Source: an uncultured cyanobacterium (GTDB lineage Bacteria; Cyanobacteriota; Cyanobacteriia; Cyanobacteriales; CAWUOF01). From it: DNA of 27,262 nt. Under the pieces are notes generated by a model, which was given only the letters and a program-made list of their open reading frames with translations, did no database searches and was not told the DNA's origin. The translations under genes and the position numbers were made by a program. Positions 9,855 through 19,152 of this stretch are shown in pieces (position 1 is the stretch's first letter; each line of letters opens with the position of its first letter). The DNA lies in the NCBI GenBank assembly GCA_963744145.1, contig CAVUSO010000003.1, forward strand, positions 1 through 27,262, written 5' to 3'.

Positions 9855-12053
9855 TTAATTTTCTGGTAGTAAATGGGCATATTTCCGTAAAAAAGCCTGT
9901 CCCATCCTGCTCAAACCAGAGATTTTGTAGGTTTTAGCTAAACTATGCCATTTTTCTTGCAAGTGTTCATCATCTAGTGTGTATTTAATTGTTCCCTCTA
10001 ACCGCTCTAACATTTCTAAGACTAAATCATTAATTTCTTCTGGTGTGTTATCTACTACAGTAATTTGCTTGACCGCAAAGTGTTCCCTATATTCAATGTA
10101 GCTAAATGAAGAAGACAATATTTCCGCAAAGGTGAGATAACGCTGCTCTGGTTCTAACCACTGAAGTTTGGCAATAGAGATAATATTACTATACCATAGT
10201 TGAAATTTCATTTGGGCTAAGTTGGTGATCAGACAGGGAACACCAAAAGTTGGAACTACGGAAGCTGGACCAGAAGCAGTACCAATGAAAAAGCGACACT
10301 GACCCCATAAAAACACATCCATCCAATCACTTTTTAAATCACTATGAGCATAGTCAATCACTTGAGCCATCGCTGGTAGAGGTTTCATCGTGCGATCGCC
10401 CATCCGGATCACCCATCCTCCCCGGTCAACAATTGACTGAATTGCTAGTGAGTATGTATGAGGATCAGCATTGCGAATTGTCCGGTTTGCTTTTTCTCCA
10501 TAAAATCCTCCTTCACGAACATGTAAACCGACAAACCAAGAATCCTTTGGTACTCCAAGTTCGCGTAAACAACTCCAACCCCGTTCTTGATCTGACTCAG
10601 ATAGTTTTAGTAAGGGGGCTCGTCCTTCAGTTTCCCATTGTTTTTGAGTTGCTAGAGCTGTATCGGCTAAATTCTTAATTTCTTGATTGGCAAAGGTAAT
10701 AAAACCGATATCATCTGTCAGATATTTAGCCAATGGAGCTAGATTTTTAATTTGTTCAGGATCAGAAATTACTTGAATATATGGAATCCAATATTGCAAA
10801 TACCACTTGTTAGAAATTTGCGCTGGAGATGCTAGCAGAATTGGACGATGGGGAGGTAAGCAGCCCAAAATGGTTGTCTTGATATAAACATCTAAAAAAG
10901 CCATTTGACCAATAGCACAGCTCCAGAAGGATGAAAGAAAACGGATACCTAAGCGATCAAGTTGATAAGTTCTTGCTAAATTATGCTGTACTTGTTTAAA
11001 CTTTTGCAGCATTTGTAAATATTCGTCGAGATTGCCCAGTAAATAAATAGCGTCAGCTAGGGGTTGATAAATTTCGAGCAGTTCTGGCTTGAGAGTTAAA
11101 GCTTGACGCCAATATGCGATCGCTTGATCGATTTTATTGATTCGTCTAAGAGCATTACCAAGATAAAAATAAGCTTCTGCCCAGTTTGGTTTAAGCGCAA
11201 TTACTTTTTGGTAACAGTTGACCACCTCTAATATTTTGATCGTTGACAATTTGACACAATAAAATACATTGCCCAAGTTAGCAAAATGCCAAAGTACAAT
11301 TCCTAAATTGTAGTATACTTCAATGAAGTCCAGATTGATTTCAATCGCTTTTTTATAGCTATTAATTGCCTCATTTAGTTTACCTTGTTGGGCAAATGCG
11401 TTTCCTTGATTGAAATAATCCGCAGCTAGATCTGGTTGGAGAAAAATAACTTCTGGACAACTCTGAAGCTTTTTTTCAATTTCATTTTGGACTTCCTCTA
11501 ACTGTTCGATATAGTAAGACACTATGGTCAAGTCTGGTTTAATTTGTAACACTCTTTTGTAGCTGCGACTTGCTTCATCTAAGTCTCCTTTTTGGACCAT
11601 AGTGTCGGCTAATTTTAGATGTGCTTGTACTAAACATGGTTGGTTAATAATAGCTTGTTTATAGCTAGCAATTGCTGCTAATAAGTTACCTTGTTTTTGA
11701 AAAATTATGCCCAAATTGTAGTGGGCTTCTAAGCAGTTTTGATTAATAATAATTACCTTTTGATAAGCAGCGATCGCTTGCTCTAAATAGTTATGATGAC
11801 AATATAATCTAGCAAGTTTTAACCAAACTATTTCCCAATCAGGCTGGATTTCTATCGCTTTAGTATAAGTGCGAATAGCGGCGGAAATGTTGTCTTGAGA
11901 TTTGAGGATATCACCAAGAATATGATAGACTAAAGCATCACCTGGTTGATGTTTGAGGATTTGATTACAGAGGTTCTTAGCTGCGGTAAAGTTTTTCTGC
12001 AAGTAATAGTTTCTGATCTGGTCAATTGATGGGGCAATAAAATCATAATTCAT
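9855..12053 (-). CDS. TPR-repeat protein fused to a C-terminal putative glycosyltransferase (resembles the TIGR04372, GT9-related family)
   Basis: The first ~350 aa are TPRs (e.g. AHYNLGIIFQKQGNLLAAIASYKQAI). The C-terminus has FVGLHVREGGF, RNAD, GGWVIRMGD, DYAHS...DWMDVFL...CRFFIGTASG and VVDNTPEEI. The family is named from memory of these motifs. Confidence 0.8.
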   Translation of the reverse strand: MNYDFIAPSIDQIRNYYLQKNFTAAKNLCNQILKHQPGDALVYHILGDILKSQDNISAAIRTYTKAIEIQPDWEIVWLKLARLYCHHNYLEQAIAAYQKVIIINQNCLEAHYNLGIIFQKQGNLLAAIASYKQAIINQPCLVQAHLKLADTMVQKGDLDEASRSYKRVLQIKPDLTIVSYYIEQLEEVQNEIEKKLQSCPEVIFLQPDLAADYFNQGNAFAQQGKLNEAINSYKKAIEINLDFIEVYYNLGIVLWHFANLGNVFYCVKLSTIKILEVVNCYQKVIALKPNWAEAYFYLGNALRRINKIDQAIAYWRQALTLKPELLEIYQPLADAIYLLGNLDEYLQMLQKFKQVQHNLARTYQLDRLGIRFLSSFWSCAIGQMAFLDVYIKTTILGCLPPHRPILLASPAQISNKWYLQYWIPYIQVISDPEQIKNLAPLAKYLTDDIGFITFANQEIKNLADTALATQKQWETEGRAPLLKLSESDQERGWSCLRELGVPKDSWFVGLHVREGGFYGEKANRTIRNADPHTYSLAIQSIVDRGGWVIRMGDRTMKPLPAMAQVIDYAHSDLKSDWMDVFLWGQCRFFIGTASGPASVVPTFGVPCLITNLAQMKFQLWYSNIISIAKLQWLEPEQRYLTFAEILSSSFSYIEYREHFAVKQITVVDNTPEEINDLVLEMLERLEGTIKYTLDDEHLQEKWHSLAKTYKISGLSRMGQAFLRKYAHLLPEN

Positions 12054-13425
12054 CTGCTAAACCTATCCGATTTTTTAATAATTCTAGCTGGAAACTAGCT
12101 TCTTCCCATTCTGGAGCAAGTTGAATAGTCTGGTGATAGCTCCGCATAGCAGCATTTAACTTACCTTGAGCGGTTAAAATCGAGCCTAAAGTAAAGTAAG
12201 CTTCTGCTAAGTTTGGGTTTAATGCGATCGCTTTTTGACAACCGTGAATCGCATCTTGCCATTGATGTTGCTGGTGCAATACTGCTGCTATATTAGTATG
12301 TACCTCTGCTAAATTAGGCTGAATAGCAAGCGCAGTTTGAAAATTGGTAAGTGCTTCATCTAACAAACCCTGTTTAACTAAATTTTTGCCTAAATTTAAA
12401 TACTTTTGGCAATTTTCCCAATCAGAAACAACTCCATCAGGATAGCGCACTATCCATTCACTGATTGGCTGAAAACTACGATAAAAGTGGGATTTAGCAT
12501 CTGCTAGTTTTTCTATCCATTGGTGAGAGACCATTTCATATTGTTTTGGTTTCGGACTCGGAAACCATAGAGGTAGAGCGGAATAAGCTAAATAACCGAC
12601 AAAAGCTTCATTGACAATATCTTTGGATTGTCCCAGCGATATTCCTGCAACTTTTGCTAATTCTTCCGTTAATGGTTGAGCAAATTGATTGTATCGTTGG
12701 GAAAAATCATCAGAGGTGATTTCTCCTGGTACAGAAAATTTTCGTGATTCTGCATCTGGAGGATAAGTACGTATAATATACAGCAGATTTAAACACTTTG
12801 ATTTTCCTTGAATTAGGCTTAAACAAGATAGAGTTAATTCACAAAATAAATAAGTGCTAATCTTCTGTTCTACTAAATTGAGACTGCGGATAGTAATTTC
12901 TAAGTTACGCTTAAGATCTGAACGGTGATGAATTGAATAAAATGTTGCTTTATAATTGATCAAGTGTTTTTGCAAACGTTGTTGGGGATTCGGATCTTCT
13001 ATGCTATAATCTACATCGTTACCAATTTGAAGTTTTCCCTTGATTGGGGTAACTATTGTGCTACATCCATGAGCAATCACATAATCTGAATGATTTTCAA
13101 GAAAGCGCGCACACTCTTCCATTGCTGGTGGACTTACAAAGTCATCATCTGCACAAAAAACAACATATTTTGAATCAACTGTTTCCAAAGCTTTAGCTAA
13201 TTTTACAAATGAATGTATTTTGGAATCATATTGTTGATGGTGGATATTTAAAACATTGCTGAGTGAATCGACAATTTTTTGATTTACTTGAATTACCGAG
13301 GCAATACTTGAATCGGCTACAATAATTTTAGCCCGAAATTGCTGCTGTTTATAATAGAGCAATAACCGATGTAACAAGTGAGAACGATTATAAGTTGGAA
13401 TAATCAGAGATAGGAGATCAGTCAT
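12043..13425 (-). CDS. GT2-related glycosyltransferase (resembles the TIGR04440-type domain) with about 3 C-terminal TPR repeats
   Basis: LIIPTYNR, IIVADSS, YVVFCADDDF and FYSIHHR; C-terminal TPRs such as AYFTLGSILTAQGKLNAAMRSYHQTIQLAP. Confidence 0.82.
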   Translation of the reverse strand: MTDLLSLIIPTYNRSHLLHRLLLYYKQQQFRAKIIVADSSIASVIQVNQKIVDSLSNVLNIHHQQYDSKIHSFVKLAKALETVDSKYVVFCADDDFVSPPAMEECARFLENHSDYVIAHGCSTIVTPIKGKLQIGNDVDYSIEDPNPQQRLQKHLINYKATFYSIHHRSDLKRNLEITIRSLNLVEQKISTYLFCELTLSCLSLIQGKSKCLNLLYIIRTYPPDAESRKFSVPGEITSDDFSQRYNQFAQPLTEELAKVAGISLGQSKDIVNEAFVGYLAYSALPLWFPSPKPKQYEMVSHQWIEKLADAKSHFYRSFQPISEWIVRYPDGVVSDWENCQKYLNLGKNLVKQGLLDEALTNFQTALAIQPNLAEVHTNIAAVLHQQHQWQDAIHGCQKAIALNPNLAEAYFTLGSILTAQGKLNAAMRSYHQTIQLAPEWEEASFQLELLKNRIGLADEL

Positions 13426-13449
13426 AAAGATTATTTAATCAATTGAAAT

Positions 13450-14430
13450 TCAATTTACTGTTAGTGGCGATCGCAGTTTTTTGCGCTCAAATTTGACAAG
13501 TTGGGAGATGATTGATTCATAGTCAATTAGTAAATTATCTGGACAAACTCCGAAATCGATCGCCGCTTCCCTAGTAATGACAATTTTATCTTCACAATGA
13601 CAATCCTTGGTGACTTCATGTAACAGCTTGTATCCCAGCAGATTAACGCTTTTACTATCATCAAGAACCACAATTTTTTTAGTAAGTTCAACGCTTTTCT
13701 TAATCCGATCCCAATTTTGGCTAGGGCTATAGTTTATGGAAAATAAGCTAGATTTTAATTCATGCTCTAACAGCTTAGTTTGCAAAGTGTGACCGATGGG
13801 CAAGGTAAAATTAAAACAGACAATAGTAACATCATTACCTTCACTATATTGAAATACTGAACTATCATCAGCTATATCTACTATTTGCAATTCCAAGAAC
13901 TCGGTGGGAAACATCCGCTGACTTAAAGTAATAAATCGGAATCCAGGTTGGTTTAACTCGGTTCTCAAAATATGGGAAGCATCTTGATTGTTAGTCAAAG
14001 TATATCCAGGAATTCTGGCTAATGAGCAAATATCTCCGAGAGCGTTAAAACTTGATTGTGGTCCTTGGAATCCCTGATCGCAAATAATTGAAATAATGGT
14101 GAAACTTCCTAAGGAATTTGGATCGCAATGACAGCGAATAAAATTATATGTACTAACGAAATGATCTATTGCTAAAAGCATGAAATCTAGCTGCTTCACA
14201 AATAAGATTGAAGATACACCATTGAGCATTAAACCGAAACCTACACCACAATGAGTTGCTTCCGTGTTTCCCACATTAATAATCTGACCTCCTTCAGCTA
14301 CTTTTAAATTCCGGGTCAGTCCTGATATATGGGAACCCTTATTGATATTTTCTCCATATAAAACTATGTTAGGTATTTTGGCAGCTTCATCGGCAATGAT
14401 TTGATTTACACTCACAATATAATTAGTCAT
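13450..14430 (-). CDS. Divergent ThDP-dependent E1 beta-like / transketolase C-terminal-like subunit (pair 2)
   Basis: VLYGENI, NTEATHCGVGFGL (conserved Glu), GNDVTIV and IKKSVELTKKIVVLD. It is coupled to the alpha gene. Likely start is ATG at 14430 (MTNYIV). Confidence 0.78.
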   Translation of the reverse strand: MTNYIVSVNQIIADEAAKIPNIVLYGENINKGSHISGLTRNLKVAEGGQIINVGNTEATHCGVGFGLMLNGVSSILFVKQLDFMLLAIDHFVSTYNFIRCHCDPNSLGSFTIISIICDQGFQGPQSSFNALGDICSLARIPGYTLTNNQDASHILRTELNQPGFRFITLSQRMFPTEFLELQIVDIADDSSVFQYSEGNDVTIVCFNFTLPIGHTLQTKLLEHELKSSLFSINYSPSQNWDRIKKSVELTKKIVVLDDSKSVNLLGYKLLHEVTKDCHCEDKIVITREAAIDFGVCPDNLLIDYESIISQLVKFERKKLRSPLTVN

Positions 14431-15331
14431 TAGGTCTACTCCATTCCTTAGCAAAAATTTGGCTAGTTAGTTCATTAAATATCTGGGTATCTATTTGTTG
14501 CTTTAACACGAAAACAGGATCATTGATAGTTTCTTCAATGATCAGACCATGTTTAATACTAATGCTCATGGGATCAGTTGGCCATCCCGGTGTTGGCCCA
14601 GCGTGCTGGTTAAGCATAGCTAATTGTACTTCGACACAAACCGGAGTTGATTCGTCAACGGTAGTGCGAATTGTATTTAAGGTAGATAAATATTCAAAGA
14701 TATTATTGCTCCAGAGATGGGTGAATGGGATATTTAGAGATTTACATATATCAGCTAGAGAAATAGGACAACGACGATCTGCGATCGCTGATGCCATAGA
14801 ATGGTTATTATTTTCGACGATAACCAGTAGTTTTAAGTTGTGAGAGCGAGCAAAAGTTAATCCTTCATAAAAAATTCCTTCTTCGATGGAGCCATCTCCC
14901 ATTAAAACAATGACAATACCTGGATGATTCAGAATTTTCTTTCCCAAAGCTAACCCGCAAGCTATGGAAATATTATTACCCAGAATACTAGAAGAATAAA
15001 CAACATTTTTTTCGGGGTTTACTAGGTTCATTGAACCTAACTTACCATGGGCAACTCCTGTAGTAGATAATTTATATTCTGCATAAATTGGTTCGAGTGA
15101 CCCAGCGCGTGCTAAATTATAAGCTACATTACGATGAGTTAAAACCAATTGATCTTTTTCCTTCATCATCTGGTTAACAGCCACAGCGATCGCTTCATGT
15201 CCAAAAGCCAGATGAATCGGTATTTTGAATAATTTATTTTTTAAGTCTTCATTGAGGATATGTTGCCAATACCTTAAATGCAGCACTTCCATTATTTGTT
15301 GTTGTTTTGGCACCACTAGACTTTGGCTCAT
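14423..15331 (-). CDS. ThDP-dependent dehydrogenase E1 alpha-like subunit (pair 2)
   Basis: PIHLAFGHEA, THRN, GKLGSM, and the ThDP motif MGDGSIEEG...VENN. Confidence 0.85.
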   Translation of the reverse strand: MSQSLVVPKQQQIMEVLHLRYWQHILNEDLKNKLFKIPIHLAFGHEAIAVAVNQMMKEKDQLVLTHRNVAYNLARAGSLEPIYAEYKLSTTGVAHGKLGSMNLVNPEKNVVYSSSILGNNISIACGLALGKKILNHPGIVIVLMGDGSIEEGIFYEGLTFARSHNLKLLVIVENNNHSMASAIADRRCPISLADICKSLNIPFTHLWSNNIFEYLSTLNTIRTTVDESTPVCVEVQLAMLNQHAGPTPGWPTDPMSISIKHGLIIEETINDPVFVLKQQIDTQIFNELTSQIFAKEWSRPND

Positions 15332-15341
15332 ATTTTACTCC

Positions 15342-16220
15342 CTAATTTGCTGTTTCTAAAAGGGTTAACAGACCTTCAGGTAAAGCAATTTTTGGTTGCC
15401 ATCCTAAAATTTGAAATGCTTTCTGATTATCTGGATTACGGATGCTAGTATTTTCTGGACTCTTCTCAGTAATTTGGGGAGTTCGGTTTAGTAAGATTGA
15501 ACTTTGTTTAATGATATCTCCTAAAGTAATCAGATTATTTCCACTTAAATTAAAAATTTCAAATTCTTTTCTACCAATGGCACTGATAATTCCCTGGGCA
15601 ATATCAGTAACATGGATAAATCGTCGAGCAGTTGCTAAACTACCAACAGATATTAAATCTTGCGATCGCACCGCATTAAACAACGATTCTACTGCCGACC
15701 AGTTGGCGGGTCTAGGACCATAAACAATCCCAAAACGTAGCACAGTCACAGGACATAATCCTTGGGTGTAAGCCATGCGTAAATTCTGTTCCCCTACAAT
15801 TTTAGAAAGGGCATATTCGGACTGAATTCGGGTTACGTCAATAGACTGGTTTTCTTTCTGGATCTCGCTATTACTTACCTCTCCGTAAACCCACTCGCTC
15901 GAAGCAAAAATAAATTGTTGTACACCTCTTTCTCTGGCAGCACGAATTAAGTTAAGTGTTCCTAAAACATTAACATCAAAAGCTAAATGCGGGTTTTCTT
16001 TACAGTCGCGATCGCGAGAAATTGCGGCTAAATGCACTAGTGCTTCAGCATTTTGTGGAATCACATTCTCGATCTGAGGTGAACGAATATCTAGCGTTAC
16101 GTGACCAATATCCTCAGATGGTATTGCATCAATTCCGACAAACTCAATATTCTGGGAACGACAATGTTGTTTTAACTCTTTGCCAATAAAGCTTTCAGAA
16201 CCAGTAATAACAATTTTCAT
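15342..16220 (-). CDS. Extended SDR NAD(P)-dependent sugar epimerase/reductase
   Basis: TGSESFIG (atypical Gly motif), HLAA, FASSEWVYG, YALSK, LRFGIVYGP and RRFIHVTD. Confidence 0.87.
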   Translation of the reverse strand: MKIVITGSESFIGKELKQHCRSQNIEFVGIDAIPSEDIGHVTLDIRSPQIENVIPQNAEALVHLAAISRDRDCKENPHLAFDVNVLGTLNLIRAARERGVQQFIFASSEWVYGEVSNSEIQKENQSIDVTRIQSEYALSKIVGEQNLRMAYTQGLCPVTVLRFGIVYGPRPANWSAVESLFNAVRSQDLISVGSLATARRFIHVTDIAQGIISAIGRKEFEIFNLSGNNLITLGDIIKQSSILLNRTPQITEKSPENTSIRNPDNQKAFQILGWQPKIALPEGLLTLLETAN

Positions 16221-16990
16221 GTTTTCTCCAACTCTTCCCTATTTAACCGACGCAAAAAGCCATCTGGTGAGCAGGTAACCTGCATTCTAGTATAGTAAGG
16301 ATCGAGCTGAAATTCTGGATGTTCTTGCAGAAAATCGTGAATCGCTTGAAGTGGATGATCGTCCTTCCATTCTCGCTTACCTCTAGGTACATCCCATACA
16401 TGAGCTTGAGCACCATCCATTACCACTAAATAGCTATCAGGAGTAACTATTTCATAATATAAGTTCAATTCTTGCCAAACATGAGCATAACTATGATTGG
16501 AGTCCAGCACCACCATCACTGTCCGGGCACCACTCAGCTTTTTCTTGACCAAATCAACTGTGGATGGTTCAACGGAACTGCCTTCAATAATTTCAATTCG
16601 TTTTGACATCGGGTGACTTTGAATCGCTACTCTGTTATGCTGTCTGACTTCAACATCAACTCCGATAACCAGACCTTTACCCATTAATTCGCAAATGGAA
16701 GCATAAAAAATAGCTGAACCTCCATGTGCTAAACCGCATTCTACAATTACATCAGGACGGATCTTCCAAATCAGTTCCTGCATCATTACAATATCTGTTG
16801 GCAGTTGGATAATTGGTATTCCTAGCCAACTTGGCTCGTACATGAGACGATATTGACAACATAATTTCAGCCATAAGCTGGCAACTATCTCCACACCTTC
16901 TTGCGAGTATAAATCTATGGTTTTAGATTTTCCTTCACAGGTAAGAGTGATTTGAGCTTTTTCTGTAGCTACTATTTCTTGATCGTACAT
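16217..16990 (-). CDS. CmcI (cephalosporin hydroxylase) family SAM-dependent methyltransferase, rhamnosyl O-methyltransferase-like
   Basis: WLGIPIIQLPTD...QELIWKIRPDVIVECGLAHGGS, IEGSS, VVLDSNH, YLVVMD and PDGFLRR. Confidence 0.9.
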   Translation of the reverse strand: MYDQEIVATEKAQITLTCEGKSKTIDLYSQEGVEIVASLWLKLCCQYRLMYEPSWLGIPIIQLPTDIVMMQELIWKIRPDVIVECGLAHGGSAIFYASICELMGKGLVIGVDVEVRQHNRVAIQSHPMSKRIEIIEGSSVEPSTVDLVKKKLSGARTVMVVLDSNHSYAHVWQELNLYYEIVTPDSYLVVMDGAQAHVWDVPRGKREWKDDHPLQAIHDFLQEHPEFQLDPYYTRMQVTCSPDGFLRRLNREELEKT

Positions 16991-17022
16991 CGATTTAATC
17001 TGACCTCTATATACTTCCTCTT

Positions 17023-18243
17023 TTAAAGAATAGCTACTTTGGGAACAGGAATAATAAACTTACCGCCCCGCTTACGATACTCTGCTTGTTGCTCCATAAT
17101 TTCTTCGGCAAAATTCCAGGCTAATAATACTACATAGTCGGGTTGCTCCTCAATCAGACGTTCTGGTGATACTACAGGAATATGGGTGCCAGGTGTGTAA
17201 CGATTTTGTTTAAGATGGCTACGGTCTACGATATACTCGATCGTATCAGGTCCAATTTCCAGAAAGCTTAACAAAGTATTGCCTTTAGCGGGCGCACCGT
17301 ATCCGACAACACGCTTTTTTTGAGCTAGCAAATTCTCAAGAGTAGATTTTAAATCTTGCTTAATCTGTTGTACTTGCTGATCAAAATTTTTATAAGTTTC
17401 AAATTTCCCGATACCCTTTTCTATCTCCATTTCTAGTACCTGAGCTACTCCAGGTTTCACGATACCTTGTCCTTGGTGTTGTACAAATACACGCAACTGT
17501 CCGTGATGTATAGGTAATCGTTCCACATCCACAATTTGCATTCCGTGACGCTCAAACAAGTAGCTCATTGGCCCTAACGCCCAGTAAGAAATATGTTCAT
17601 GATACACTGTATCAAAGGCTACTTGCTCTAAAAGATCAACTAAATAATGAGCCTCAATTACAAATACCCCATCAGTTCTCAGCACAGTTTTAATACCCTC
17701 TAAAAAATCTGCTAATGCTGGAATATGAGGGAAGGTATTGGTTGCTGTTACCACTGATGCTTGTCCCCACTTTTTGATAATTTCCTGAGCAGTTTGGGAA
17801 TTAAAAAAACCGACATAGCGATCGATTCCCATTTTATCGGTGAATTCAGCCAAGTTTTGAGCGGGATCTATTCCAAGGGTTTTTACTCCATACCTCTGGA
17901 ATCCACTGAGCAGGGTGCCATCGTTGCAGCCAATATCCATTACTAAGTGATCTGATTGGAGATGATATCGCTCAACTAGAATATGACTCAAGTCATATAG
18001 ATGTTTCTTTAAAGTATCGGAAGTTGATGAGATATAGAGATAATCCTCAAACATAACTTTCGGCAGCACCCCTTCGATTAACTGAACATGACCACAGGTC
18101 TGACAAAAGCCAACATTCAAAGGATACTTCTCTTCCTGCTGCGATAACTCTTCTTTAGTAAGAAATTTATTAGCTAATGCTGTTTCACCCAATTCCAAAA
18201 ACTGTACAACAGTTGGATAATTACAAACGATACATTCTGTCAT
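17023..18243 (-). CDS. NDP-4-keto-hexose C-methyltransferase (TcaB9/EryBIII/NovU-like architecture)
   Basis: CIVC...CQTCGHVQL Zn domain, DIGCNDG, FDTVYHEH, HHGQLR, YGAPAKGNTLL, PGTHIP and LAWNF. Confidence 0.92.
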   Translation of the reverse strand: MTECIVCNYPTVVQFLELGETALANKFLTKEELSQQEEKYPLNVGFCQTCGHVQLIEGVLPKVMFEDYLYISSTSDTLKKHLYDLSHILVERYHLQSDHLVMDIGCNDGTLLSGFQRYGVKTLGIDPAQNLAEFTDKMGIDRYVGFFNSQTAQEIIKKWGQASVVTATNTFPHIPALADFLEGIKTVLRTDGVFVIEAHYLVDLLEQVAFDTVYHEHISYWALGPMSYLFERHGMQIVDVERLPIHHGQLRVFVQHQGQGIVKPGVAQVLEMEIEKGIGKFETYKNFDQQVQQIKQDLKSTLENLLAQKKRVVGYGAPAKGNTLLSFLEIGPDTIEYIVDRSHLKQNRYTPGTHIPVVSPERLIEEQPDYVVLLAWNFAEEIMEQQAEYRKRGGKFIIPVPKVAIL

Positions 18244-18249
18244 AGTTGA

Positions 18250-19092
18250 TTAAAAAGTTAATATGTTATTGTTGGTCTTAGACGAATTTTTTATGATCAT
18301 CCCCTGTCCGGTAGGCAACGATAGTATTCCTACACCTTTTTCTTTGGCAAATTTATCAAAGGCATATTTTTGGTTAATATATCCATAACCTTCACCACCC
18401 CATCCATAGTCGTCTAGTATTATTACACCACCTGGAACTATTTTATCCCAGAAATATTCTGCTGCTTGAATTTCTGGATATGCACAATTCATATCAATGG
18501 ATAAGAAAGCGATTTTGTCTGATTTAACTTGGGTTAAAGTATCTGGAACCTTTCCTTTAATAACTATAACATTATTAAAACTCTTAAACTTTTCTACTAC
18601 CAAATCATAAACATCACGCTCTTTGTAAGCCCACTGGGCTGAATCAGCGCCACACTTTAGCTCATCTTCAGTCATCTGCTCTTCAGGTATTCCATAAAAA
18701 GTATCGAGCAAATAAAACTTTTTATCAGGAATTAAATTAAATTGAATGTAATTTACAATTGCTCTGGAAAGCCAGCCCATCCAGACACCGCATTCAACAA
18801 AATCTCCTGGCAATTGCTTGGCATGATTTGCGGCCCATAATGCAGTATGTAAAATCCAGGGAGCATCAGGCTTACCTTTATAATCATCTGGGATACCTTC
18901 AAGACCTAAAGAATTAGATTCAGCAAAAAGAGGTTCTTTGATAAAATCACAGTTTGTCACTGTTGCTAAACCATGTTTGTGATAAGTTGGCGTCCCTGAT
19001 AAAACAACATAATTAGTAGGTAATGTGTACTGGATGGGTGGAAGTTGAATAGGAGGAATTTCAATTATGATAGTCTGATGGGGATGTGACAT
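18250..19092 (-). CDS. TylF/MycF/NovP family sugar O-methyltransferase
   Basis: GDFVECGVWMG, LLDTFYG, KGKVPDTL, FLSIDMN and GGVIILDDY. Start uncertain (ATG 19092 or TTG 19134). Confidence 0.88.
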   Translation of the reverse strand: MSHPHQTIIIEIPPIQLPPIQYTLPTNYVVLSGTPTYHKHGLATVTNCDFIKEPLFAESNSLGLEGIPDDYKGKPDAPWILHTALWAANHAKQLPGDFVECGVWMGWLSRAIVNYIQFNLIPDKKFYLLDTFYGIPEEQMTEDELKCGADSAQWAYKERDVYDLVVEKFKSFNNVIVIKGKVPDTLTQVKSDKIAFLSIDMNCAYPEIQAAEYFWDKIVPGGVIILDDYGWGGEGYGYINQKYAFDKFAKEKGVGILSLPTGQGMIIKNSSKTNNNILTF

Positions 19093-19152
19093 AGTAAGAT
19101 CATCATGAATGAGCGAAAGTAACTCGAGTTGCAATCTATTAATCTAGGGCAA

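Noticed and set aside
16217..16990. Cephalosporin/beta-lactam biosynthesis implied by the CmcI family name
   Set aside because: No beta-lactam genes are present; the family has a methyltransferase fold and fits sugar methylation here.
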